In this document: positions 1 to 13,009 of the stretch, piece after piece | How the letters are laid out: every line of letters begins with the position of its first letter | Numbering within the stretch: the first letter of the stretch is position 1 | DNA from: Lama glama | Lineage: Eukaryota | Direction of reading: 5' to 3' | DNA: 64,000 bases | NCBI GenBank assembly: GCA_028534125.1 | Contig: CM052817.1 | Span: 98,520,001-98,584,000 of the forward strand | Notes under the pieces: generated by a model | What the model was told of the DNA's origin: nothing | Database searches by the model: none | Seen by the model: the letters and a program-made list of their open reading frames with translations, nothing else | Program-made: the position numbers and the translations under genes

Positions 1-254
1 TTAGTCTTGTCTAAGATTTCCTTCTTATACGTTTCCTTTATTAGATGATTCTGACATTTATGTGTTTCTTGACTTCCTTCTCTTAACCTGGACTCGGTAA
101 AATTTAAATATATTGCTTTCTCAAATTGGCTTTTCTGTCTAGTCAGTGTGCTCCTCATTTCTATGACTATGCCTCCTTTAGAACTCTTAGGTTCAAGATT
201 TTCTCTCTCTTCTTCTCACCCACTTAATTTTAAGCAATTAAAAACTCTACCTTC

Positions 255-1510
255 ATGCTAATCAAAATCACAAAAAGACATTATTTTAGTCTATCTGGGC
301 GGCTATAACAATATGCCACAGACTGGGTAACTTGTAAATAACAAAAATTTATTTATGTCGGTTCTGGAGGCTGAAATCCAAGATCCGGGTGCCAGCATGG
401 TAAAGTGGGGGCCCTCTTCCTGGTCACAGATGCCCAGTGGTATCCTCACATGGTGGAAGGGCACAGGAAGGTCTGTGGGCCCTCTTTCATACCAGCACTA
501 ATCCCATTCACAAGGGCTCCATCCCCATGACCTAATCCCCTTCCAAAGGCCCCACCTCCTAATACCATCACCTTTGGGGGTTATGATCTCAACATCCAAC
601 TTTTAGTGGGACAGAAGCATTCAGACCATAGCAGATACCACCACATACCCACCAGAATGGCTAAAATGAAAAAGACATAACAATCAACACTGGTGAGCTA
701 CCGGAGCCCTCAAGTGTCCTTGGTGGAAATGTAAAACAAGATAATCAGTTTGGAAAAGATATAGCAATTTCTTATAAAACCTAATATACACCTACCCTGT
801 AACTGAGCAATCCCACTCCTAGGTGTTTACCAATGAGAATGGAACATATTATTTACAAAAGACTCATACAAAAATGCTCATAGCAACTTTATTTATAATA
901 GTTCCAAATTGGAAACAGCCCAGATGGGCATCAACAAGAGATGAGTAAATAAACCATGGTATACTCCTACAATAAAATACTACTCAGCAACAACAACAAC
1001 AAAAGAATCCAACTACTGATATACACAGCATGAATGAATCTCAAAAACATTATGCCAAGTAAGCATAATGACAAAAAAAAATACTGCATGGTTCCAGCTA
1101 TCTGAAATTACAGTGTCAACAAAGCTAATATATAGGAGAAAGAAAGGCCAGAACAGTGATTCTTCATGGATTGACTGAGATGGGACATGAAGGAAATTTC
1201 TGGGTGATGACAGTATTCTATATCTTGATACACAGTAGATTACACAGGCATAGTATCACAACTCAGTGAATGTACACCTAAGATTTCTGCATCTCACTGT
1301 AGTACATTTTACATCAACAGAAGAACTAAAAACAACTACTGAAATCTGACCAAGGGTATGTGTTTACGTGCATGTTGAAGGATGGATATGTGATAAATCA
1401 AATACAATAAAACATTACTGGTAAGCACTGGGTGGTAGGTCTAGGGGTGTTGATTTAAAATCCTTTCAATTTTGCTATATGTTTGAATATTTCATAATGA
1501 AATGCTAGGG
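255..1510 (+). mobile_element. Old L1 (L1M/L1ME-like) ORF2 end and 3' UTR, interrupted by an MLT1A-like LTR
   Basis: L1 3' motifs (cccaccagaatggctaaaat, gcaatcccactcctagg, tggaaacagcccagatg, atgaatgaatctcaaaaacattatg). Confidence 0.8.
282..633 (-). mobile_element. MaLR solo LTR (MLT1A-like)
   Basis: Reverse complement begins tgctatggtctgaatg; homologous to the copy at 2730-3081. Confidence 0.85.
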
Positions 1511-2729
1511 CAAACTCTTCATTCTCTCACAAAATGTCTCCTTGTTTTTTACCATGTAGACTCGTGGGCCACAGGCAGCTGTAACTTTGGGGCAATGGCA
1601 TCCCGAGGACTAGAGCTGGGGGAGACCCTAGCAATGAAGGGGAGGGACAACTGGACTCTAAGCCACCTTAAAAGTGTTAGGTTAGACACACTAGTAAGTG
1701 TTTCTAAGATGCTACTAAGGGAAGTATCTACTAAGATGTCCCATCATTGGGTATGGAACTGTCACTCGGTAGTTATTCTAGAAAAAACAACTCTCCCCTT
1801 GCTTTCTGTCTTCCCCTATCCTTCCACTCTTACCTATGGAAGGTGCTGTAAAGTCATTACCAAACTCAAATCTCCCTGTTCTCCCACACTTGCCACTGTA
1901 TCTCCCCCCATTCAAGGCTGTCTACATATGTCTAAGGATAATGATTGATAGATTTTTTTTTAATCTTCTTTCCCAAAGTAGTTGTCAAGACTTCAGACAC
2001 ATGCTTCTGAAGAAGTGTACATATTCTTTGAAGAGATGGGATCACAAAGTCACATGTGAATCATAAAATGGCTCATATAAATTTTACTATCCAAAGCCAT
2101 AAGACACACTGTCCTCACATGGAAGAGACAAGAGTTCAGAAATTTAAACTGTCTATTTCATCAAATTTCAACTAAAATCTAAAGCTACTTTGAGGGGCCT
2201 TCTAACCAGACCACTTAGTTCTCAGAGGCAGGGCAGTGAACTATTACAAGGTGTGACCACAAATTATCCTCTTCGTTTCTCCTCTCATGACAATCTTTTC
2301 TCCTTTAATTCCCTTCTTCCGACTAATCAAACCTCCTTTGTAATTACTTATAATGCCCTGTGTCATACACATGAAAAACAACATTGTTTATTAATATATG
2401 TAATGACTGATTAAGTCATTAGTTTTTGGTGAAAATGTACTTTCACGAAAACTATTGCATCTTCATTCGAAACAAGACCTTAAGAGATAATCTAGTCTTC
2501 ATTTTCAGATAAAGCTCTGAGATAAGGGGGCCCAACTGCCCTCTAAAGTCAGTCAACCAGGTGCCCACAAAGTGCTGGCCTCCTGAGGTACTTGTTATTT
2601 TTTTGTGTTGTTTTTTTTTAACATATCTGTTGGTTTTTCTAATTTCATGCACTCCTTGAGAGTACTGGAGACTCCTCTGAGGTTTGGCTGGTCACCCTAG
2701 TGAAGTACTCATAGTTTATTGACACTTTC

Positions 2730-3081
2730 TGCTATGGACTGGATATATGTGTCCATCCAAAATTCATATGTTGAAACCTAATGCCCAAAGTGATGGTATT
2801 AGGAGGTGGGCCCTTTGGCAAGTGATTAGTCTATGAGGGTGGAGTCCTCATGATTGAGATTAGTGCTCTTACAAAAGAGACCCCAGAAAGCTACACAGCC
2901 CCTTGTACCATGCAAGCATATGGTGAGAAGACAGCCATCAGCGAGGAAGCAGGCCTTTACCAGACAACAAATATGCTGACACCAGGATCTTGGATGGACT
3001 TCCAAGAGAAATAAATTCCTGTTGTTTATAAGTCACCCACATTATGATATTTTGTTACAGCATCCTGAGTGGACTAAGACA
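2730..3081 (+). mobile_element. MaLR solo LTR (MLT1A-like) with 5-bp TSD
   Basis: tgctatggact…ctaagaca (TG…CA); ctttc duplicated at 2725-2729 and 3082-3086. Confidence 0.92.
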
Positions 3082-3090
3082 CTTTCATTT

Positions 3091-3614
3091 CAAGCCAGCA
3101 ATCCTTTGCCCTTATTGTGATTTAATGTGCTGATAGAGCCATCCTGATTCTCCAGTTCATAACTAAAACTTGGTCTTTGACAGAGGAGTTAAATTCCCAA
3201 GGTAGTATTTTCTTCCTCGCTGGGCTCTTTGTTGACCAGTGTGTCTGATATTCGCCATCCTCATCTGTCTGTGAACTGTGGAGGAGCTAGTGTACACTCT
3301 GCCAACCCTAATGGCCTTTTTGGAGCCAGCAGGTAGATTCTGACTCATCAAGGTACCGCCACAGCCAGCCCAGACAGTCAGGCCAGGAGGCTCTCAAACA
3401 AAACAAGATCCGGCACTGTTCTTAAAGGGGCAGAGAAAGGCAGCCACCACTAGAAGAATGTGCTTTCACACAGATCCTGAAACAGACATAGACATATTGA
3501 CTGCAAGTCAGCAGTCCTGAGCCCTCATTGTCATTTAAGGTGCTGAGGCAGCTGTACTGATTTTCTCCCATAACTAAAAAATTAGCCTTTGAACCAAACA
3601 GTTAAATTCTCAGG
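3091..3614. repeat. Diverged ~112-bp direct repeat (3091-3202 and 3504-3614)
   Basis: Colinear similarity: caagccagcaatcc…cataactaaaa…agttaaattcccaagg vs caagtcagcagtcc…cataactaaaa…agttaaattctcagg. Confidence 0.8.
3203..3476 (-). pseudogene. Exon-like: ICVKAHSSSGGCLSLPL*EQCRILFCLRASWPDCLGWLWRYLDESESTCWLQKGH*
   Basis: Acceptor tctatgtctgtttcag; GC-richer than flanks; 3' end uncertain (possibly terminal exon). Confidence 0.55.
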
Positions 3615-4019
3615 CATCACAAGGTAACTCATAACTCAATGCCTTAGAGTGTGTTTTTATTTTTATAATATCCAAGGATATGTATATATTCAACAAATGA
3701 GTCTAAAATTACAAGAAATTAAACAACTTTGACGTTAAGAATTCAGCCAGTTAATAATCCTTGAGGCTTCTGTTTCTTTGTTCACAATTGGTAAGCATGT
3801 AAGCATGCAGCTTTTATACATTCAAGTGCACATTATCACTTCAGTTATTAAAAGTAAGTTGTCAAGGTCTGCTTCTTCTCTGTTAAAAAATCTATAATTA
3901 AGGCTTTGTTTATTTGCAAATACATAACCACAACATATAAAATAATTTTTAAAGGCTCTCATTCCTGAGTCATATATCATTTTGCTCTGAATTCCAATTT
4001 GTTCATGAACCATATTTTA

Positions 4020-4163
4020 TTGTAAAATGAAGGCACTAATAATACTAATATATCCTGTACACCCACAGTTGTTCTGAGGATTAAATTGGACTTGGTTAAA
4101 AAGCACTTAGCACAGTGTCTGACACATATAAGCTTTCAATAACTGTGAGGAATTATTATTACT
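4020..4163 (+). mobile_element. MIR SINE 3' part
   Basis: tgtaaaatg…gttgttctgaggattaaat…aagcacttagcacagtgtctgacacata. Confidence 0.75.
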
Positions 4164-5475
4164 GTAGTTATAGTTGTATTACTATCATTGGGTTAAACTT
4201 TTCCCCAACAAGGTTTATATAACTAATTTCATCAATCCATCTTCATTTCTTCAATAGCCCAAAAATAAATTTCAACTTTCTAAATCAGTTTGAAATAGTC
4301 TAGTCTTATTATAGTTCTTTTTACCCAAAACTAATTAATTAGTAGGTTTGCAAATAATAAAATCTCTTCATACTTTGGATCTTCAAGTGACTAAATCTCC
4401 AAAATGCAATAAAAATCATTATAAGCAATAACAAATATTTTATGATAAAGTTCATGAAGAGGTTGAAATAGTCATAATAAATTTATCTAAAACATGAGTG
4501 CAAATATTAACATTCCCTTAGGGAAAGAAAATGAATCTCTAATGCCAAGTGATTTCACCAGCCTAAAATTTTTTCTTACATTTATTTTATACTTTTAAAA
4601 AAATCCACTCTTCATATATCATCAGTTTAATGCTATGATGATTAATAGTTCATAAAACTCCAGATTTCTCTTAATGCTTTATAGATTCTGTATAATTAGC
4701 CTAGTAAATCACTGAAGTGAAGACACCAGAAAAAAATCTAATTATGGAAACTATGATAGCGAATGAGCCATTGGCCATCTCTTGATTGTAATCATTAAGC
4801 AAGTCTTTTCTGCATCCAAAAAGACCTAGGGACTAGCAAACATGTGTTTTTTTAATAACCATAACAAAAATAACTGGCCTTAATCACAGGGTTCTATTCT
4901 TCCTACAAACAGGCTGTGTTCTTTAGAGACTTCACAAAAATTTACTAAGAAGATATTCTTAACAAAGATGTATGGCCACAAGGCTATAGCCACCCTTGTT
5001 TATAGAGTCAGAGTAAGTGCCTGACTGCCTGTGTGTTTGGTTTCACAGGTGGTAAAAAAAAAAGCCCTACCTCACGCTCAGTAAGACTCAGTTCAGCATA
5101 CATTAGTTAAGCACCTAATAAGTCCTAGATGCTATTTTGGTGCTAAATGTACTGAAATAAATATGACACTTGGTATCCCTGCCTTCCAGGTGCCTAGAGC
5201 CTAACGCCAGAAAAAAACTGTAAATAAACGTCACGACCTCGGTAACACACTGTGACAGAGGTCAACATAAATCACCCACACTCGCTACTGCCAGCTCATT
5301 AATGTATGAATTTTCCTTTAAAGAAATAAGCCTTTACATTGTATTAATAGAGATAAGGTTTAAAATAGAAATAGCCCAAAAGAAATAACACTCTCAGGCA
5401 AGGGATTTAAAATCGTGCTTCATCAATTTCACTGCCTTGGGGGCTCTTCATCAATCAGAGCAACTTAGATCTTAC

Positions 5476-5533
5476 CTGTTATACATATTTGAGCTGTTTC
5501 TCAATTTTATTTTGTAGGAAAAAAATTCCTTGG
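5476..5533 (-). pseudogene. Exon-like, 58 nt: KEFFSYKIKLRNSSNMYN
   Basis: Acceptor tttgttattttcag, consensus donor CAG|gtaaga; open in the frame continuing from 7264. Confidence 0.65.
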
Positions 5534-6519
5534 CTGAAAATAACAAACACACACCAAACAAGTAAAAAACAAGTGAAGGGCTAGGAGACAATAGTAACTT
5601 AGAAAGGAGAAGCAGTAGAGAGACGCTAGAACCAAGATCCTTTCATTACTTCTAGGGCCAAGAGTTGTAGAAGTTAGAAAGTGAAGAGATGCACTTTGAG
5701 AGAAATCTCAAATTAAACAGTTTATATTCAATTCTATTACTTGTAGGTGAAAAAATGTATTTCTAATTTCTTTTCAGAAAAAATTTAAAAACCAAGCAAC
5801 ATGCAAACTTCAAGTGGCATATGGCTATCAATTCCTAAAACCTATATTCAACAGTTTTTCTATAACACATACTGTGTTAAGACCCAACTTTTCAGCTCCA
5901 ACTTAAAGACATTCTATTGTCTCTTACAGACAATTTTTCTCACTTCTCCACTTTCTTTATTCTTTCTTTAGTGTCTTATATGCTGCAACAATAAATGATT
6001 AATAGGTGTCCTATATATACCTCAGAGAGATTTTACAATGTACTCCCTCACCAAAAAAAAAAAATCTCTATGTTAATATTTCTCAGACAGAGGTTGGGTT
6101 GCTAAGGAGTCGTAGGGGGATTCCAAGCTCATAGAAGCAAGACTTCAAATATAATTTAATTATGAGCATGACCCAAAGGCAAAATGAAACAAGAGAACAT
6201 TCCTCCTCCACTTCCTGGATCTTTCTCCCTTTCTATCTTGAAAAATGTGCTGTAGTATCCAAATTGGAAGAGAGTTAAAGTGATCCACACAGCATTCTAT
6301 TCGTAGTCCTGCTCAGAAGCCAGCTGGCCTGTATCATACACTGCCTGGGGTCACGGAGCCAAGGGGAGGGAACAGAGTGGAAAATCTTAATAATCTCAGC
6401 TCTATGGGCAGCACTATATGTTTCTCAATCATGCTACCTAAGCCTAAATTTAAGACTACTTGAAGTGTTGCCAGGTCTAGATCAGCTCTAAATGAAAACT
6501 ATTGTGAGCTGCATTTGTA

Positions 6520-6978
6520 ACTGAGTAATTTCAAGTAGTCATATTTTTAAAGTGAAAAGAGGTGAAATTAATTTTAATAACATATAATAATTTTTATAGA
6601 ATATTTTATTTAAATAAAATATATCCAAATATTATCATTTCAACATTAATCAAAATTTAAAATTAAGGAGATATTTTGCATTCTCTTTTGTTCTGTCTTC
6701 AAAATCATGTATTTTGCACTTACATACATCTCAGTTCAGATGCTGATTTCTATCAGAAATACTTGATCTGTATTGATAAAACGTCCCATTAAGAAAATAG
6801 ATTCACATACCCAAGTTGCCATAAATATGCTTAAAAGTTTTCCAATAATTGAATTTTTAGTTTTTATATTGAAATGAAAATGAATTAAAATTAAATACTC
6901 AGTACCTTAGTTTCACTAGCCACATTTCAAGCACTAAATAGCCACATATGGCTACTGAATACCATGTCAGACAGCACA
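6520..6978. mobile_element. hAT-Charlie DNA transposon relic (MER3/MER33-like)
   Basis: gtgaaatttaattttaataa…ctagccacatttcaagcac…atagccacatatggcta…gacagcac. Confidence 0.65.
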
Positions 6979-6992
6979 TTAAAAGTTGCTAT

Positions 6993-7084
6993 GGGGGGTG
7001 GGTATAGCTCAGTGGTAGAGTGTATGCTTAGCATGCACAAGATCATGGGTTCAATCACCAGAACCTCCATTAAAAAAAATTTTT
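6993..7084 (+). mobile_element. tRNA-Ala(AGC)-derived SINE (vic-1-like, camelid), short form
   Basis: gggtatagctcagtggtagag…ttagcat…ggttcaatc, A-tail; TSD aagttgctat at 6983-6992 and 7085-7094. Confidence 0.88.
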
Positions 7085-7263
7085 AAGTTGCTATAGAGCT
7101 CTCAAAAATTGGCTATATTTAAATAAAGGGAATGATAAGTTCTTACAGGATGTGCCAATAAATTTAGTGTTTTGAGAGTTAATAACTAACAGGAGACTTT
7201 GCTTAAAGCAGTTGGTGCGTCGGGTACTGTGCACTGAGTTGGTAGGTGAGTGCAGATACTCAC

Positions 7264-7346
7264 TTTCTGCTTTATCAGGCTCAGCCTCTGCAGCCATGGT
7301 AAGCAGTCAGGGTGATCCTTTCTTTTGAACGCTGGGCTCCAAGTCC
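7264..7346 (-). pseudogene. Exon-like, 83 nt: DLEPSVQKKGSP*LLTMAAEAEPDKAE
   Basis: Acceptor ttgtgtttag, consensus donor gtgagt. Confidence 0.65.
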
Positions 7347-7499
7347 CTAAACACAATTACATTAAGTAATTCAGTGTCAAATACTTTTATTTTAGCGACT
7401 TCTTTCACTTGCTCATGAAGAAATAGGATGAATAATGAAAACTTTTTACACATCGCTCCTTTGCTGTAAAACCTTCAATGTCTTCCCCTGCAAAAGACA

Positions 7500-7715
7500 A
7501 TAATAACAACAGCTAGCGTTGGGTAGGGCTCTGTGGTTTATCAAGCGCTTATATACGTATTACCTTCCTGGTTCCAAACAAACCGACAGGCGCTCTCATC
7601 CCACTTTCAGCAGATCTGGCAATGGGAGCTCCGAAAAGTGAGGTAACTTGTCAATGCAAGCAGTTACTTAGTGGCAGGTACAGAACTCAAATCCAGATCT
7701 TTGGGCCCAAGTTCC
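7500..7715 (-). mobile_element. MIR SINE
   Basis: cccactttcagcaga…gaggtaacttgtc…agtggcagg…gaactcaaatccagatct. Confidence 0.6.
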
Positions 7716-8579
7716 TATGCAGGTCCATCTGATTTCTCACTATTTTCCAATTGATATCCAGTTAATCCCTGGCACATACCTTACACATTCTTGCCGTGAG
7801 CCTGCACACTTGAGCTTAGGTTTATGCTAGTTTTCCACTCAGAATGTCCTGTTCTCACCTCTATGTTTGTATCCTACCTATCCTTTGCATCCTTAAAGCA
7901 CAGATTCAAATCCTGCCCACTTCATGATCACCCCCAGCCTCTAATGATCTGTTCCTCCCTTAAACTTGGTAGTTATGTGGTCCATGCCTCTCACTTGAAA
8001 TGTATCACATGCTCCTGTGTAAGGAGCTAAAAAGGCAAAGAATAGATGTAAACAGAAGTCTAATATTCCCAATTAAACTCCTACTGCCTTGAACCAAACA
8101 ATACTTTATACCAGAGATACTCGACACTGGATGATTATTAGAGTTGCCTGGAGAGAGGGTGGGGAATATTTAAAATATATCAATGTCTAGAGTGGGGCTT
8201 AGACATCTATATTTTTTAAAGGTTCCCGAAATATTTAAATACTTTACAGAACCCCACGGTGACTCTTGTTCTAAAACTCCAAGTATAACTGCTCATTTAG
8301 CTGACTAGATCATCAAACTGTGGTGAAGTATTTGAGACCTGTTAAATAATTTGGGGACTATTTGAGTACATCTGTAAGCCAGATTTGCTCTATGGAAGTC
8401 ATGACTCTGTAGCCACATGCTCCTAGATAAAAAGCTACAGTACTTTTCCTCAGCTTCTACCCAGAGGGGGAAAAAACTATTGCAGTTAGAGTTTTAAAAT
8501 GACAAATCTGGAACAACCAAAAATGATTAATTCTCAAATTGTCAGCCTTATATGGTGGGCAAGGGCATACACTATGTAC

Positions 8580-8693
8580 CTCATCTGCCGAGCTGTACAA
8601 ATGACTGGGATAAATCAAAAGACTGCACCTCCCTTAGCAATTAACAATCAGAACTCATCTTCTGGTCTGGCTTAATTACTGCCTTCTTTCCAT
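8580..8693 (-). pseudogene. Pseudo-exon, 114 nt: WKEGSN*ARPEDEF*LLIAKGGAVF*FIPVICTARQM
   Basis: Y-tract tattttcttcttatatt followed by taa (mutated AG); donor GAG|gtacat; frame ambiguous. Confidence 0.5.
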
Positions 8694-9807
8694 TTAAATA
8701 TAAGAAGAAAATAAAGGTGTTTTGTGCTCCATCATGTTCGTGTTTTAATCTCCATAAAAATGGACTCTTCTCTGAGGCAGTTGGCTCCTCCACCTTAATT
8801 CAGTGTGCCAGGAGTGTCAGCCTGCATTAAATTGGCTGGCAAGCAAGATACCCCACTGTCCTTTTAATGCACAAAACTAGCCAAGCATCCTAAGGGGTGT
8901 TGGCATGGTAATGCCTCCACAAACCCGAGGTGATGGGGGACAACTGTGAGACAGGAACTAGGGGTGGAAGAAGGCCCTGGAGGATGGAACTGTTTAAAGA
9001 TAAGCACACTGACACAGAATATCAGCAGATAGGGTCCCTCTCCACTTCAAGTCCCCAGCAGACAGTTATGAGATGCTGAGTCCCTCCCAATGCATTGATC
9101 AATTAAAATGTGCATATTTAGTGCCCAACCCGTGCAAAGAGAATGCTATCTATTTTGCAAGAAAAGACAAAAGCATATGTCAAATTTTTAAATAAAACGC
9201 AGACAACTATATGTTAGATGCCATAAGAAAGTCTGCGAGCTTTGTAAAATAAATCATATAAACCCGTGAGTGCCACGAGTTCTAATGAAGATGAGATCAC
9301 TGAAGTCGGAGAAGGGAACCTAGGAAAAGCTCCAGAGAGACTGAGCTACACCTGGAAGGGTGGGTACAGGGGTAGCAGTGAAACGTTTATAATAGTGAAA
9401 TAGTGAAAAACTGGTTCAGCAGAAGCATCAACCAGTTAGAACTGGATGCTGGCTAGCAAACCACTATGCTCCTGAGTCAGTCCTGAGGGGGTGAGACTGG
9501 CCCACGTAAGAGGAACAGAGAAGCAGGCAGCTGAGAGAATTAGCACAAGCAAATGCAAGGAGGTAAGAATAAATGTGGTTTGGGGGACAGCAAGTAGTAG
9601 GTCTATTTGATTTAAGCAGAGGGCTAAAATTTATACTGCTGAAATGGACAACAAAGATTTTGAACAGAGCACTGATATAATTAGTGTTCTGGAATTTAAA
9701 TTCCAAAAAGGTAAGGATTTTGGGTTTTTTCCTTGCTGTATTCCCAGGGCCTTGAACAGGGCCTTGCATGTAGAATTTCAAAAAATATTTGAAATTTTTC
9801 CTTACTT

Positions 9808-10958
9808 ACAGAATGGGAAAAAATATTTGCAAACCACACATCTGATAAGAGGTTAATATCCAAAATATATAAAGAATTCATGAAATTCATCAAGAGCAAA
9901 AAAAAACCTCAATTAAAAGAAGGGCAAAGGACCTGAACAGACATTTCCCCAAAGAAGATATATGAAAGGCTAACAAGTACATGAAACATGTGCAACATCA
10001 CTAATCATTAGGGAAATGCAAATTAAAACCACAATGAGATATCACCTCACTTCTACCAGAATGGCCATCATCAAAAAGATAAGAGATAATAAATGCTGGT
10101 GTGGATGTAGAGAAAAGGGGACCCCTGTACACTGCTGGTGGGATTGTAAACTGGTACAGCCCTTATGGAAAATAGTGTATAGAACCCTTAAAAAACTAAA
10201 AATAAAACTGCCATATGATCCAGCAGTTCCATTTCTGGGATTATATCCAAAGGAAACAAAAACACTAACTCAAAAAGATATCTGTACTCCCATGTTCATA
10301 GCAGAATTATTTGTAATAGTCAACACAGAGAAGCAACATAAGTGTCCATCAATGGATGAATGGATAAAGAAGTTATGGTATATACACAATGAAATTTTAT
10401 TCAGCCATAAAAAACTAAGAAATTCTACCAACTGTGATATGGATAGACCTTAAAGTCATTATGCTATGTGAAATAAGTCAGACAGAAAAAGAGAAATTAC
10501 TGTATCATCTCACTTATACATAGAATCTAAAACAAACAAACAAACAAAAAACTTATAGAAAAAGAGACCAGACTTGTGGTTCTCAGATGCTGAACAGGGG
10601 GAGAAAATGGAGCAGGGGGACTGGAGGAAGGTGGCTAAAAGATGCAAACTTCCAATTATAGGATAAATAAGAACTAGGAATGTAATATACAACATGATGA
10701 CTATAGCTAACAATGTTGAATGATATACAGGAAAGTTGTTATGAGAGTAAATCCTAAAAGTTCTCAACACAAGGAGAATTTTTTTTCCTTTTTTTTCTTT
10801 TTCTTTTTATTGCACATATATGAAAAAATGGAAAGTTATCTGAACCTACTGTGGGAATCATTTCACAGTATATGCAAATCAAATCATTATGCTATATGCC
10901 TTAAACTTATACAGTAATGTATGTCAATCATTTCTCAATAAAACTGGCAGTAAATAAA
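9808..10958 (+). mobile_element. 5'-truncated L1: ORF2 C-terminal Cys-rich domain plus 3' UTR
   Basis: Track ORF 10016-10453 [12 protein letters not shown]…[14 protein letters not shown] is the L1 ORF2p C-terminus; ends aataaa. Confidence 0.95.
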
Positions 10959-12656
10959 TAGACAAATATCTGTGTAATGAGTAATTATGGCAACAGCATG
11001 CTAGACAGGGGTACCTCATGTCTCCTTGGACATATTTGTGAAAATGTCCTTTCACCTTTTCAGTAGATGCAACTTAAGGCTCTCCTAAATCAGGTTACAG
11101 GGATGCTAAAGATTTCTAATTCTATTTGTATATGGATATAAGGCAAACAGAATTAGAAAGAGTATTCCCCTACCTTATCTTCTTAGCTTGTCTTTCCAAA
11201 GATAGTCTTATGACTTCATCATGGTACCCTGTATAATTAGCCTGGGGGTGAAGAATTGCCCCATGGTATTCAGCAGGACTCAGGGAAACAAGTCATGGTA
11301 TAGCGATCTAGACAGCCAGTTTCAGCAGTTGATCAATGAGAGCAAATCTTCATTTCCTACCCCTAATTTTCTCCCACTGTCCCTCTATCCAAATCCTCCT
11401 AGTTATCAATCATATGTTCATTCTCTTCACGTCTCTATGTTAGAAATTGTAGCTGTACCCACCCAGATGCTCAAGCCACAAAACTGATTCTTCCTGTATT
11501 TTTACCTACCTCATCAAATCTATCAAGTTTTCTACATTTTAACTTCAAAATACACCTGCTTCTCCTCATCTTCCCTCTCCCAGACACTCTCTGAACAGAC
11601 ATCAGGTATGCTAGCAACAAACAATAGGAATGAGCAGAGAGAAAAGAGAGCATGTAAACAAAACAAGAAAAAGTCCTAACTAGGTCCAATGTAACAGGGC
11701 CAATAATAGGCATCTATAATGAGTAAAAAGGTATACCAGATGGTAGAAGAATAAAAAATTCATAATTGCATAATTAAGATTATAAACCAAAGTAGTCAGA
11801 GGGCCATAAGATGGGTTAGAAAGAAAATACTCTTATGAACTCATGACCATTAATATCAGATAAGCTGGGATCCTGGGGAACACATTCAACAGCAGGAAGC
11901 ACATGGAGTAACACTCCTTCTTGACACAAACCTCCCTCTGATTCTGTAATTAACTTTGGTTAATATATTTCTCAGAATCATGAAGTGGGTAGGAAGGGGA
12001 CATAATTGAATCATTAGGATATTACTGCAGCTGACACAAACACCAGAGTCTCAGAACAGTATGGAGAGAGCAAACTTGTATTTCAGTTCTGATTCTGCCA
12101 TTGGCCAAGTGTGTGATCTCCACCAAACTGCTTAACCTCACTGAATTCCACCTCCTTGTCAGTAAGTGAAGGACTTAAAATAGACACACAGTGTAAAAAG
12201 AGCAGCTTCAACCTATGTTTAAAGGAACTCTTTCTAAGAAGTCAATGAACACAAGACAAAACCCTAGCTGTTCTGATTAAAGAGGTTCCCAGAGCCTTTC
12301 CCCATAGCACTTCCCCATCGCTCTTACCCACTCCAGCCCCAATACTCAGAGAAGTCCAGTCAGTGATTTCACAGATGCCTTCTGCATGTAGGAGTCAACT
12401 CTTTCACAGAATAGACGTTATGTTCTATTTCCTTGTGGGCTTATATGGACACTGACACTAATTAAGAGACTCCAAATACTCTTGGTTTTATATAAAATAT
12501 TTAAATCTTTAAAGCACAAGAGAAAGTTATTAATTTCATTGCAGCTCTCAAGTCACTGAAAAGGATAAGCTAAACTGAAAAGACTCTCACATTATTCTTT
12601 AAAATGCTTTCAAATACTCTTTTTAGCTAAAATACACTAATTGTTTCACCTTTTAC

Positions 12657-12742
12657 CTAAATGTGTAAAAGAAAACTGGTCCCTCTGAGCCATATTCAAT
12701 AAGCTATGGAGTTTTTCTGTGATCTTATCTTAGGGTTTTAAC
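12657..12742 (-). pseudogene. Pseudo-exon, 86 nt: VKTLR*DHRKTP*LIEYGSEGPVFFYTF
   Basis: Acceptor ctttacacatctctag, donor TAG|gtaaaa. Confidence 0.55.
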
Positions 12743-13009
12743 CTAGAGATGTGTAAAGTAGGATTTGGTGATACCTTGAAGGCCACTGAGAATCAAAGAT
12801 TACCAACAGGAGGTGATGGGCTGGGGTGGATGAGAGAAGACTATCATTCCATGGTGGTGAAGTGAAGTCACTTGTCGGGAAAAGGGAAGCAATCAACGTC
12901 ACATGGAGCCATACCTCAGTAAAGAGATCAGCTGCTAGAAGGAATTGAAATATTGAAATTTAGTCTTCCAAAACTATAAACACAAACAAAACAATACAAT
13001 ATAAACATT

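Noticed and set aside
1502..1948. Longest ORF in the track (148 aa, +)
   Set aside because: No recognisable domain, starts at an L1 end and has no supporting gene structure; probably a chance ORF
3340..7346. PDCLGWLW / PDCLPWLQ as tandem PH-domain starts (CNKSR/IPCEF1/Pdzph1-like)
   Set aside because: The two motifs fall in different frames of the spliced sequence, downstream PH strands are not evident and no PDZ exon was found
10016..10453. 145-aa ORF (and similar ORFs at 30142, 45031, 46156, 46896) as host genes
   Set aside because: These are L1 ORF2p fragments
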